Counted from the first letter of the stretch, positions 11,162 through 23,392 are shown. The stretch: DNA of 33,959 nucleotides from Octopus bimaculoides (GCF_001194135.2 NC_068985.1:94810922-94844880); one strand, 5' to 3'. Numbers and translations: made by a program. The notes: generated from the sequence alone by a model not told the origin.

Positions 11162-11191
11162 TCATCATCATCATCGTCGTTGTTGTTGTTG

Positions 11192-11242
<51 letters not shown>

Positions 11243-11280
11243 GTAGTAGTAGTAGTAGTAATGATAGTAGTACTATTATT
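11117..11280. repeat. Compound microsatellite (CAT)n(GTT)n(ATT)n(AGT)n
   Basis: Read directly; source of the poly-I/V/S/N/D ORFs at 11014-11317. Confidence 0.97.
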
Positions 11281-11448
11281 AAGACGGCGACTTGGCAGAA
11301 TGGATAGCATGCCGTGAAAAATGCTTAGCTGGTATTTTGTCCGTCTTTACGATTCGGCTTCAAATTCCACGGAGGTCGACTTTGACTTCCATAATTTCGT
11401 GGTCCATAGAATAAATTACCTGTCGAACACTTGTGGCAAAATTTGAAG
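11281..11448 (+). mobile_element. tRNA-derived SINE, family A, diverged
   Basis: AAGACGGCGACTTGGCAGAATGGATAGCATGCCG...TTCAAATTCCACGGAGGTCGACTTTGACTTCCAT matches the family A head and centre; begins immediately after the ATT repeat. Confidence 0.85.
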
Positions 11449-11955
11449 AGTCCTCAACACCATGAATAGTAAAATAAACCCAAAGTATAGAAAAAAATGT
11501 CCGACTTTACTTTGTAAAAAACACAACTAAACATGTTTTTGGTTGTCCTTACCTCATACTTTTGAATAATGTACGCATATATTTCTATATGTAGGAGCTT
11601 GCTTATGTGTTTCATTTGGGTATTTTTATCTGTATATGTTTGTATATCAGAGGATAATCATGTACGTACATGTGAGTATATGAGATATTTGTCAAGGTCA
11701 TGACATGTTTTTCCGAAATTTCAAAGAATTTTAAATGACATGAGACTCCAAGGGAGAAAAGTAGAACTACATATTTTTTTTAGAAAAAAAAAACAAAAGT
11801 TTCATCTGTTAACCTTCTTTCTCTTCAATCAACCACTGAAAGCTGCCAGCGAATGCAAAAAAATAATTCTTTAAACTAAACAAATGCACGTTTTTAAAAC
11901 AGGATTCCTATTACATACACAGTTCTGTCTTTCTCTTTCGTTTCTATCTCTCATC

Positions 11956-11959
<4 letters not shown>

Positions 11960-12002
<43 letters not shown>
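11960..12002. repeat. (CT)n microsatellite
   Basis: Perfect CT run read directly. Confidence 0.97.
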
Positions 12003-12004
<2 letters not shown>

Positions 12005-15000
12005 ATCTATCTTTCTGTCTATCATTTGCTTTCCCTCTCGAATATGCGCATTGAGATTTATAGTCAATTACATAAGCACATAAGCATACACTCTCTAGCA
12101 CAAACATACGTGCATACACAGAAATAAACAGGCACACATGTATGTGTATGTATATATATGTAACATATTGGGATGGGGAATGATGACTATATGTTTGTAT
12201 GTATTCTACTGTGTATGTATAAGGGTAATAAACATTGAAAACTACACCGGTAGTCCAGACAGTTGAAGTCCATCATCAATTGCTGTGGTCCTTCATGTTC
12301 TCATACCAATTCATGGTGCTGGGTCTCTGTGCTGTTCTTCCGATCAGAATAAAGGCATCAGTATCATGTTAGTCCATACCTCTGTCATCGAATGGGCTGT
12401 TTCTGTAAAACTAAATATATCTTCCAGTTTAGCATCGTTCTTAGACACTATTAGAATCTTTAATTTGTTGAAAATAGATATCGGCATTTCTTCAGACTCA
12501 CTGCATGTTTTATCCAAATGCTTAGCAGATCTGTAAAGAAGACTTATATTATTAGTACGAATCTTAAAATGAAAAGAAAATATGTACAATTCGAAGAGAA
12601 CCCTTCGAGATGATGTCCCCATCATGGCTGCATTGCAATAGCTGAAACAAATAAAAAACACAAAAGATAATTGAATTCCATTATCTTTCAGGAAATTTCT
12701 GTTCACAAATTTTTAATTTCCATATCAACCATTTATTTGTTCATATTCCTAATACACTGAAGACAATGTGGTAGACCTTATACACCCCAAGACTCTTCTA
12801 CGAAGATCACATTCTTTGATGGTTAATTATCACGGTACATGGAGCAGGTAAATCATATTACTACAATTCAAAACGATTTATTCATATCTGCATATTTAAT
12901 GCTCTGATAACATTCGGCGAATAGCATAAACAATCCAGGGTGCAGTTCTAATTGATTAAACGGGATGTTTCTATATTAAACATGCACTTAATATTCTGTA
13001 AAATCATAATGATATTAACAAATTCCACCCATGAGTTATTTTGACGTTTAATCTAATATTATTATTAATGATTAATTACATAAGATGTGCTACTATCTGA
13101 ATGTCTAAATCGGAATCAGCTGAACAAGCAAACCAATACAATGTCTACATTTTCTTAGAATTATTCTACTGACAGTAATAAAATATAGAATCCTGATATC
13201 GATTGATAGATATTGATTGATGGATGACTGTATTGGAACATTGGATATTATGCATCTTAGGCAAAAAGCATATATTACTGTTGTAACTTATGCAAACATC
13301 CGTAAAGAGATGACCATAAATATACAGAGCACACATTCGGCGGAACGTCTTCCATGTAAATACAAGGATCAACATTGGTATTTTATTCAACCAAAATGAA
13401 ATCAATACTTCCATTCATGTAACTTCGTATACAAAGTCAGGATATTGAGCGAGAGAAAAAGTATGACGGAAAGACTGCAATACAAAGGTAGAACCTAGCT
13501 GACATAGACAGCTGAAAGAAGTTAGTGACGCAATAGTGATTATAACAATAGTATATAACATTTAAAATCCATATTATGACAATGGGGGAAAATAGATTTA
13601 AGGATTAGCAAAGCTGTAACTATGTAAAATGTTGTCTTAAACATTGCCCGATAGAAACAATAATCAAGTATTAATAGTAGATTTATTTCTTATTTTATTA
13701 TTGAATAAATATTCTAATCCTAGTTTTCTTTTTAATACCATTTATTCCAGGATTCTAGAAGCTGTATCAGAAAAAAAATCAGTACGGATTTTATGATTAT
13801 TATGGAAAAACTTTAGTCTAAATATTATGTTTTGTAACGCTTCTAAATCCTACTTGGATTTCCCAAATAAAATTACAGATTATTCATTAAAATAATATAC
13901 ATTCAGAAAAAAACTATGAGGATGTCATATATGTGTACACATATAAACATATAGACATGTAAATATATACATTGTATATTTCTGTGTTTAATCCTTCTGT
14001 CTCCTTTTTTTGGAAGAACTAGTTATCAATAATGCATAGATATGTATACGTCCCAGTGAGAGATACAATTTATGTGCCTTGAAGTATTAATGTGTATGTC
14101 TTGACATATTTAAAGTAAGGTCTATTATTTGGCAATTTACCTAACTGTATGTATGCCATATATATGGTTCAAGATGATAAGAATTCATGCATGGTGGTGT
14201 TAGTTCCATTGAACTTGGTGCAGAAACAATAAGGGTATGAATCTAAATAAAATAAATAATTATTTTGTGTACCACACTTCCACACATTCTCATGCAACTT
14301 TTATTTTCACCGAGTTACCTGCTGTTAATACGTGTTGTATTGAAGCATGGTTTGAATTTGACTTATCGTGCTAGTTGTTCTGTTGTAAACATGTTTAATA
14401 CTATCGTTGCATTTTCTCTTTGTATCTGTAAGGTAAGATTTCAATGCAGTTCTTTATAATGACTTACTATCAAATTCAATACCTGAACTACTACTCTAAT
14501 TCTAACAGCACATGTTGGTATATTCTGGCTTATGTAGAAAAATTTATATATTATTTGACAATTTATCAAACTTAATGTTTGTCTACCTCAGAGTGAAAAT
14601 AGGTAACATTATTTCAAAGAATTTATACTTTCACATCTAGAAATATTACAGGCTTTAAGCTAAATAGCATTCAATAGTCTCTCGAACACTGTGTAAGGAA
14701 TACAAATGATACGGATGCACAAATGATGATATTGTCATCATCATACCAGTTTATTACCTCTTAGTAATTCAAGGATGCACTCACGAAAGATCGACTGTTA
14801 CAAACTCAATCATAGACAAACTTCCAGACCTACCACAAAAACAAAACTGAAGGAGAATAAATTTGGCCAGATTTTCCAGCAAAGCTGCAGTCATACGGCT
14901 GAAACTATCAAAAAAATAAAAGAATAATTTATTGTTGGTCATTATTTATGTATTCAAAGTTTGGCTCTAAAAAAATTGTTAGAATCTCGCTCACATATGA

Positions 15001-15015
15001 GCTTGATATGTGGCA

Positions 15016-15092
15016 GTGTGTGTGTGTGTGTGAGTGCAAGTGTGTGTATGTTTGAGTGCACGTGTGTGTGTGTGTGTGGGTGTGTGTGTGTG
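15016..15092. repeat. Interrupted (TG)n microsatellite
   Basis: Read directly. Confidence 0.92.
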
Positions 15093-15299
15093 CATATGTC
15101 GGCAGATATGTATGTTTGAAAGTGCTTATTTTCTTAAGATTACTAGTGTGGTGTAAGGCTGTAAATCACCCGAAAGTAATTATATTCTAAATATCTAAAA
15201 ACATAACTTCCATTTCATGTATTCATAAATTTTGTTATAAAAATAATGATTTATGTTTGCTGTCACCTATATTTTCCAGACTTTTCGTAAAGTACAAAA

Positions 15300-15800
15300 C
15301 TAATCTCCGTCAAATAGGATCCTCTGAATTCAATGAATTGGTCGTAGTGCACCAGCCCCTTCGTTAAGGCCCCATGGAAGTCCTCCAAACTGAATGTGTC
15401 CAGGACTCTTGTCACAACCTCCTTCATCTTCTCCTTCAATTTGTTAGTGACTAAAAATCAGAAGGAGAGATCGGTCTGAACTGTAAGGAGGGTGACGGAC
15501 AGTTTTGACGTCCATTTCTGTCAAGTGGTTGGTTATCGGGATGGAATTTTGGAGTGGTTCGTTATTCTGGTACAGTTGCTCAGGCCTTTTGCGAGTCGCA
15601 TTTTCGACTTCCTGAAAATCATCACAAAGTAGTTTTTGTTGATCGATTTGCCAGAGAGAACGTAGGAGATATAGGTGATGATGTCGAAAAGGGATTATTC
15701 TTAGATTTCCAGGGATATTGCTTTATCTGGCCTCTTGTGCTAAAGAATAACAGATGCTTGGCTCATACAAGTTAATCCATATGTCGTCTGCCGCATTTCC
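15300..15800 (-). mobile_element. Decayed mariner (DD34D) transposase fragment
   Basis: Minus strand, across frameshifts: AADDIWINLYEP (TGDETW-like, starting 15794), GKSINKNYF, RKRPEQ, YQNNEP...EMDVKTVRHPPYSSD-(S)PSDF (HPPYS at 15480-15494), and KLKEKMKEVVTRVLDTFSLEDFHGALTK...YDQFIEFRGSY..GD* (stop 15300-15302). The 2nd and 3rd catalytic positions are 34 residues apart. Confidence 0.88.
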
Positions 15801-16077
15801 TAAGTGTCTGTATTGTTTTTATCCAGTTTAATTAGTGAACTTCCAAATTGTCCCCACAGCACTCTGCAAAAACCTATTCAGAAGTGACAAGTTATGTGAA
15901 GTACGATGTATTCAAAGTGCTATCATACCTGTCCTCTGCAACTTAGAATAAAAAGAAATAGTTGGAAGGCCAGCTTATTAGATGTATAATAATGATTTAC
16001 TAATACTACAATAATGTAGGACAGGTATAACTCTGTGTGTGTATGTGTGTATGAGACTTCAAAAATGTTGATGTACA

Positions 16078-16210
16078 AAAGTGGTGAGCTGGGAGAATAG
16101 TCATCACGTATGACAAGATGATATGCACCAGTTTATGAGTTCTCGACGTTCAGGATTCGCATCAACTTCGCCTTTAATATCTTTACCAGGTCGTTAACAT
16201 GAAGAACCAT
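16078..16210 (+). mobile_element. Highly diverged family A SINE
   Basis: AAAGTGGTGAGCTGGGAGAAT head and ATCAACTTCGCCTTTAATATCTTTACCAGGTCGTTAA resemble the family A head and central domain. Confidence 0.6.
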
Positions 16211-18050
16211 ACAAGTACTTGAGCCTACGTGTCTCCTCACTGAACAAGTAATGTCCACATGTTCCCTACTCTGAAAAACCAAATACTGACCTTCAAACTT
16301 GAAAGAGAGAATGCTGCGAACTTAGGCACTTATACACTATAAAAGCATGGTAACTAGTGTTATGACTCCTCAAGTACTGTTGCCTTAGATTGTTATGTGT
16401 GTGTGTGAGTGTATATGAGTGTTTTGGTTAGTGATGTTTGTAACATTTCTGTATGCGGCATTTTTGTTTTAAATTTCTTGTATGTGGGGTGTTTCTTGAC
16501 CTAGTGTTATTTTGTGCTGTTATTGTGTTCGGTGGGGAGTAGTTGTTTCGGGTCATGGAGTAGTAGTGCCTGGTATGTGGTGTGCCTCTTATCCTAGTAC
16601 AACAGCGGCGTATCCGAATAAAATGGAGGTTTTGTTTTGTCTTGTTATTCAATCGTCCAATGTTGTAGGCACATTGTGTCTTACTCTTTCTATTCGATGA
16701 TTACATTAAGATGACCACCTGTAACAACTTTACGCGCTAATTCATTCTGGATGTAATTTAATAAATCGGCCAAAGAAATATACATATTTGCGTCTGCCGG
16801 AGAGTCTTTTTCTCTTATATGCAATATAAAGACGAAAAGCCAGTGAGAGAAAATGTGATGAAGAGAAAAGATTAAAGGTGTCTGTTGAAATATAAGACAT
16901 GGCGAATGAATGCAGATCTTTTATTACTGATTTTAGAAGCCCGCAAAATAACATTCCTGTAGAAGCTAGCATGAAATGAAATAAAACTAGTCTTCTTTAT
17001 ACCGAAATAGATTCAAAAGAAAATTTACGTTCTCTCTTTGAAGTAAGAAACGTGAACTTGTTTTCAATACATATGATTCGTAAACAAGACTGGTTCTATT
17101 TCCTACCTGTTATTTCACTAACATTTGTTTTAGAAGTTGAATATTCTTTTGATCAGTAAAGATCGCAAAGTTGAATTTGTTGTTAACAAGTTTGATCTGT
17201 CTACGATTTAAGGAATCACAGAGTATTTCGCTAGGATTTACCCGTTTCTCAATTTTGTATGTTCCAAGCGATAGATACAAGGTGAAATTACTGTGTAATT
17301 ATATTGGCTAACATACATCGTGCAACGTGTGACAAATTTCTTGAATTCTGAAATTTCTATTCAATAGATATTAATTTGATTTGTCAGATGTTAATCTTTA
17401 TTATATAGAATATAATGTATTTGATAATAAATATAGTCAAGGAATTTACTTTACGTTCACTGCGGCAAAGGTTAAGTTCTCCTGTCATATTTTTATATCA
17501 CCCCATCGGAATGATACATAATGTCTTATTTGAAGTTCATTCAAGCATGAGATATTGAATCACTCGACATCAAAATTATCGCGTTTAAATAATCATACAT
17601 TAATAAGATTGGTTACATTTCAAAGATGGTAAACTTAAAGTTCAACTAATTTATTCTGTACATTAAATATCAGAGACGAAATATAATCCATGGGCAAACT
17701 GTTTCACAAACTATCAAATACTGCAACAACACATGTGTATATACATATATATGACAAACGCACATACAAACATCCATGCATGTAGTCTAGTATGGATTTT
17801 CAGAGTTGCATGACGTAAGACACATTCCTTGGTTGTATATAAATGCATATCAATGTAATTCGATTCACTGATAAATATTTTGCCGTCAACTCCAAACCAC
17901 TTGCGTGAATATTAATTAGAGAGGGTGAAATTCAATTATGGAGTGACGAGCATACATAAATATTTTCTCTCTTTTAAGGAAGGCAATGTCAAATACAGCT
18001 TCAAAGAAACTTCAAAGTAAACCACATACATAGGACAAATATGCATCAGT

Positions 18051-18053
18051 GTT

Positions 18054-18084
<31 letters not shown>

Positions 18085-18117
18085 GTGAGTGCGCGCGCCC
18101 ACTTTGTGTGTTTGGGT

Positions 18118-18147
<30 letters not shown>
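18051..18147. repeat. (TG)n/(CG)n alternating tract followed by (TA)n
   Basis: TG/CG run 18054-18098 and TA run 18121-18147 read directly. Confidence 0.95.
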
Positions 18148-18148
<1 letters not shown>

Positions 18149-19605
18149 TATCAAAACCAAAATCTCTATGTGAAAGACCAAGTGGTTCTATCAGACATGA
18201 TCTGAACTTCTTACAGATTTCAGAAATATCAAAAAACCTTTAATTCTAAACATTTCCTCTTTCCACGCATAAAAAAATATGACTCGTTTGAATTGATTAT
18301 AGACGATTATTAATATATATTTTGTATATTGGAAATAACTTCGGTTCAAAATTTGGGAACTTATACCTAAAAAAAAACAACTTATAATGATAGATGTGAA
18401 CATACTCTCGATTGGTCTGATGTATTATAAATCAGTTTTATTAAAAGTCTGATCATATCAAAGTGTATAGAGATTTTCAAATTTAAAATGGGGTAACTGC
18501 AATTAATCTTTCATCTCACCTAACTTTCCCTCCCACGCATGAATAAGTATAAAGACATGCAAATACGTATACGCAAAATTGTATATACATGCACGCTCGT
18601 ATGTATGTAAAACTACTGTGTAAAAAGAGATTTTAAAACGGGAATGGTTTTTTTTTTGTCTGTGCTGATTAACGATTGTAAAAATATATTTGCTCGAATC
18701 AAATATTTTAACTCAAAATTATAATATTATATGAAAACATTTTCCCTTACAATTCATTGCTTACACCAGTGTCTCGGGGAATTCCAATATTATTTAGGCC
18801 ATTCACGATTGTCCAGGGTCTGTATTCATGGTTTGAAAATTCACGCCTGTCTTGAATCATTCGATACACATACTCCTCCCTCTCATTCTTCAAAATTACC
18901 TGCTGTTAATGCTGCGTTCATATATTTTCTTAATGCAAAATTTTAGATAAATGATTTAATCTTTCAATCTTACTCTTCGTCGCCATTTTCTATACCATTA
19001 AACTATTAGTCATTTATTTTATTTCGGGTACTACTTTGTTTTTACCATATTATATTTCTGTAATATTTCTTCTGCCTCATATTCAAGAATTGAATAGTCT
19101 CATAATTTTTTTAATAAGAATTAAGAAATATTGTTCTCTTATTTTCTGTACTCTTTGCCTCTTTTATAAACTTACTAGATTTTTAAAATCTTGCTTTCCG
19201 ATTATATCAGAGCTTGTAATCACCTTAACTTTTAATTTCATTAACTGCTGCATATATTGTATTTCCCAGGTGATATTCATGTTTGTGCTTGTGCATGTTC
19301 CAATTACATTTGCGATAACTAATTTGCATAATTTTAAAGTGTTTATTTTCTTCGTTAGGAATTAACAACCAAGTCAAAATTCCTTTGCTTAAGTTATATT
19401 TTACATTTCCAACTTTAAAAAATAACTCCTATACTTCATGATTTACACATTTATAATCTCTGTTCTTTTTATACATTGTACTTATTCTGATATTCTATTT
19501 CGTAAACAATTTTTTTTTATCATGTTCTGCCTCAGAATTTGTTGGTCGACTTTTGTTCTTTATTATATATGTTATATGTAATTCTTTGTACAAGAATATG
19601 TTTTT

Positions 19606-19658
19606 TTGATAATTGTTATTGTTAACGTTGTTATTGTTATTGTTGCTGCTGCTGCTGC

Positions 19659-19689
<31 letters not shown>

Positions 19690-19740
19690 CTTCTTCTTCT
19701 TCTTCTTCTTCTTCTTCTTCTTCTCCTTCACCTCCTCCTC
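19606..19740. repeat. Compound microsatellite (GTT/ATT)n(GCT)n(GTT)n(CTT)n(CCT)n
   Basis: Read directly; source of the poly-K/N and poly-L/F ORFs at 19495-19822. Confidence 0.96.
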
Positions 19741-20392
19741 ATTTGTTTACATTAAATTTATGTTCATGTCTCGGTCTTCTGAGTATCGTCTAACCTTTGC
19801 TATCGGAAAGTTTAAGGTGTAAACATTTCATTTTCTTCGCACGATATGACATTACATTATGAGATTATATTACAATCAGAAAACGTTAAAAGTCTAGGAA
19901 TCATGTTATAAAAGAATACCGAAGCAAAATCAAAACGAAATTAAGCAAATTACATCGAAAGTACTATTGGCTATATGTATATTTTCCATTCAGATTTTTC
20001 TTTCATTTATGAATAGCAAATACAAGATGAAAGACAAAAACGTTAAAGAAAAAATATACATTCATATTTCTATTTTGAAACAAAATATACTTTGTATCTT
20101 CAAAGCTACGTAGGACACCACTTGCCTGGTATATTGCCAAAGAATATATTGCTTCGGTTTTGTCAAAACTCTCTGATTCCATATTTTGGTGAATATTTTA
20201 TTATCGACATTTGATAAATAAGTTATACATCGTCACTGTGATTTCTATTCTTGTATTTTATGCACTCTCTTTCTCTCTCTCTCGCTCTCTCTCCCCCCAC
20301 ACGTATATATTAACACATTCATTCATTTATTCATCAGTTAACAAATAGCTGCTACCCAAGCAGTTTTAATAATCTGTCGTTCTCGGATATTG

Positions 20393-20606
20393 GATTCAAA
20401 TTTTGTTGGAAGACCGCCAATTTTCGGGGTCGTGGTAATTCATTTACGTCAAACCCAGTGGTCAGTTGGTACATAGTTTATCGACCCCGAAAGAGATGAA
20501 ATATAAAATCGACCTCCGTAGAATTTGAACTCAGAACGTAAAGACGGACGAAACGCCGCTGAGCATTTTATCCAGCATGCTAACTATTCTGCTATTTCAC
20601 TGCATT
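20393..20606 (-). mobile_element. tRNA-derived SINE, family A
   Basis: TTTATCGACCCCGAAAGAGATGAAA...TCGACCTCCGTAGAATTTGAACTCAGAACGTAAAGACGGACGAAACGCCGCTGAGCATTT. Confidence 0.88.
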
Positions 20607-20628
20607 TGAGTTGTAAAGTACATTAGTT

Positions 20629-20805
20629 ACAAATTTTGGCCCAAGGTCAGTAGTTCCGAGGGTGTGGTAAGGATTACATCAACTGCAATTCTCAACTAGT
20701 ACTCATTTTATCGAACCCGGAAGTATGAAAAGCAAAGTCGACCATGGTGGAATTTGAACTCAGAACGTAATGACCGGCGAAATGTCGCTAAGCGTTTTGA
20801 GCGCT
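20629..20805 (-). mobile_element. tRNA-derived SINE, family A, head partly lost, in tandem with 20393-20606
   Basis: TTTTATCGAACCCGGAAGTATGAAAAGCAAAGTCGACCATGGTGGAATTTGAACTCAGAACGT...GCTAAGCGTTTT. Confidence 0.85.
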
Positions 20806-21775
20806 ATTGTATATTATTAACATTATATATAACGTCTTAATTTGATATTCAGATTAAAAATTTATGCGATAACCAGCCAAATGCATACTACCTCCTATAT
20901 GGACATTAAACTCATGTCAATATTAGTTATTTCTTATGACGTTCTACAGCTTGACGTTTTTGTTTTATGAATATTTGGTAAATATAGGAAGATGATGGAC
21001 AACATAGATCCGGTTAATTCAAAGAGAAGTAATTTTGATTGCAAACAAACTGCAGAATATCCTCCTATTCACCTACACGGGAAGTAGACTTTGTAACCTA
21101 TATCAATTACTTCTCAAATAACCACTTTTGTACTCGTGTGCAACAGGAAATAATGCTTTAAATGTCTTATAAATTTCATTCGCTTCCATCATTAACAGAG
21201 TAAATTTTGCAAACAAATAAACCGAGAACATTTTCTCTTTATTCTTCATTTTAAAATATTTTCTCTTCTTTCTTTACTCAGGCGAAAACCATAGGTGGAA
21301 ATCGTTCGTTCACTACACATAAGAATTAAAGTGAGTGAATTCATTCATGAACCTGCTCATGAATGAATCTTTGCGAACACAAACAAACATAAGGTATCTA
21401 GGTTTCCGCAACACTACCTTACAATACAGGCTACCAAATTTGAGAGACCAAACAAAGAAAGCATTATGATACTTTTTGATCTGAATCACTAATATTTGTG
21501 TAGGTCTTACTTTACGCATCTCAGTTCACAGGAATGAATTGTTTTCCGATAATTTAATTCAGAATTTTCATAAATAAAGCTATTAATCTTTATTTATTAC
21601 ACATATAATTTAAAAAAAAAGACATCAAACAAAATAAAAGAATCTGAAGTTTTTAACACTGACAAAATAAAAGAATATATCAAAGCAAAACAACCTAGTT
21701 TGATTTTAGTATAAATTTGAACGATTTAATAGTATTATTATACGCAACGTATTAAAAGTGTAAAAAAAAAAGTGG

Positions 21776-22135
21776 TGTGGCACTCCGTCGGTTACGACGA
21801 CGAGGGTTCCTGTTGATCCAATCAACGGAAAAGCCTGCTCGTGAAATTAACGTGTACGTGGCTCAGCACTCCACAGACACGTAAACTCTTAACGTAGTTT
21901 TCGGGGAGATTCGGTGTGACACAGAGTGTGCCCTTTGAAATACAGGTAAAACAGGAACAGTAAGAGTGAGAGAAAGGTGTGGTGAAAAGTACAGCAGGGT
22001 TCGCCATCACCGCCTGCGGGAGCCTCGTGGAGCGTTAGGTGTTTTCGCTCAATAAACACTTACAACGCCCGGTCTGGGAATCGAAACCGCGATCCCATGA
22101 TCGTGAGTCCGCTGCCCTAACCACGGGCTATTGCG
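21776..22135 (-). mobile_element. tRNA-derived SINE, family B (non-CORE middle and tail Y), near full length
   Basis: Begins GGCACTCCGTCGGTTACGACGACGAGGGTT (3' end of the element) and ends with a tRNA-like head (GGGAATCGAAACC = B-box reverse complement); colinear over its whole length with 31685-32034. Confidence 0.93.
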
Positions 22136-23392
22136 GGTAAAATAAAAAAAAAAGATAATAATAAATTCATTATATGCTTGATAAATTTAAATATTGTGAT
22201 ATCACATACACGAAGAAACACACGTGCATATCCACAAACACACCTGTACAAGAGTACACATTCATATCTGCTGAATATTATAAACGTGACTGGGAGGGGG
22301 TCTTTCGAGTGATTGACATTCCGCCACAAATGGACACTGGAAAGTCTGTGGAACACCGGTGTGCTGTCTCGTATCTATACCTTATCTGAAGCTATTATTA
22401 TGTCTTCTGCTCCTTGCTGTTGGATTGTTACAAATGCTTGCTTCAGACCCCATTAGTCAGACACACCAAAATCGCGCCCCTTTCAACTTGTCATCATAGT
22501 CTTTGCGTTTATCGCGCTTTTCCCACGCAAAACTCTATACCAAATCCGTCATACACGAGAGATCAGCCGTCTGGAATTTTCTCTGCGCTCATGCGTCTCC
22601 TACAGAAGTGACTTGCAATGATTCAAAATCATCATTAATGACATCAACCCCAATCACCTTGGAGGCGGGAGGGTCAGTGACTCTCTCCAGACACACAAGC
22701 ACTCTTACAGATCCAGAGATTGAACAAAGAGAACTGTTATAATCCATTTACTTCTAGTTCTTGATCTTCCACATTTTCGTTCCAGGAACTCAGGCTGTTC
22801 ATTAAATGACGTAAACACAACTTGGTGAAAGTAATTTTCGTCATCTAAAATACACTAAAGCAGCGGTTTGGGTGTTTACGTGTGTAATTTGTTTGAGCTT
22901 TCTCTTCTCTTAAGAGATGAGACAGCTGGTTGAAGAATGTTAACAGTTCGTCGCTTAGCAACGTAATTAAGTCTCTGGAAAGACTGAAAATGTATATCGG
23001 TTCTGCTCATGTAGAAGGAAACACTGAATCGTTGCTATTAATCGAAACCGAATTGCAGTTACCATGTGACTTTATGACAAAGGAAGTTAAAACCTATAAG
23101 GTATTGATTGAAGCATGTTCAATATGAATTTTAAAGAAATGTTTGAGAGTCTCTAAGGCAGCAAGGCTTCCTGACACTATAAATTATTCATACCACTTAA
23201 ATTTTATAGGTTTCAGTTAAACGTATAGATAAAGTTAATGTGTGAGATAAAGTGGGGTTTAATAATGTAACGGGTTTTAATGGAAAAAAAAATTAAAACG
23301 AAGAAATAAAAACTTAAAGATTTGGTAAATAATTCATGATATTAAAAGTTAAGAAGGGAAGATCTTAAATATATACGAAAAGAAAATATCGC

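Noticed and set aside
10233-11317. Homopolymer ORFs at 10233-10532, 10242-10424, 11014-11307, 11084-11317 and 11092-11310
   Set aside because: Stop-free frames through (ATT), (GTT), (CAT) and (AGT) repeats.
12344-12706. 120-aa minus-strand ORF with acceptor-like sites at about 12531 and 12635
   Set aside because: No recognisable domain, AT-biased composition, several competing frames; cannot be supported as an exon.
14315-18910. Identical 15-mer TTACCTGCTGTTAAT at 14315-14329 and 18896-18910 (duplicated donor-like site)
   Set aside because: Flanks are not colinear, and by rough estimate a few 15-mer matches are expected by chance in 34 kb of this composition.
18730-19370. Coding-like minus-strand stretch (e.g. 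EREEYVYRMIQDRREFSNHEYRPW)
   Set aside because: Many stops in every frame and only vague resemblance to non-LTR motifs; not assignable.
19495-19822. Poly-K/N and poly-L/F ORFs
   Set aside because: Microsatellite artefacts.
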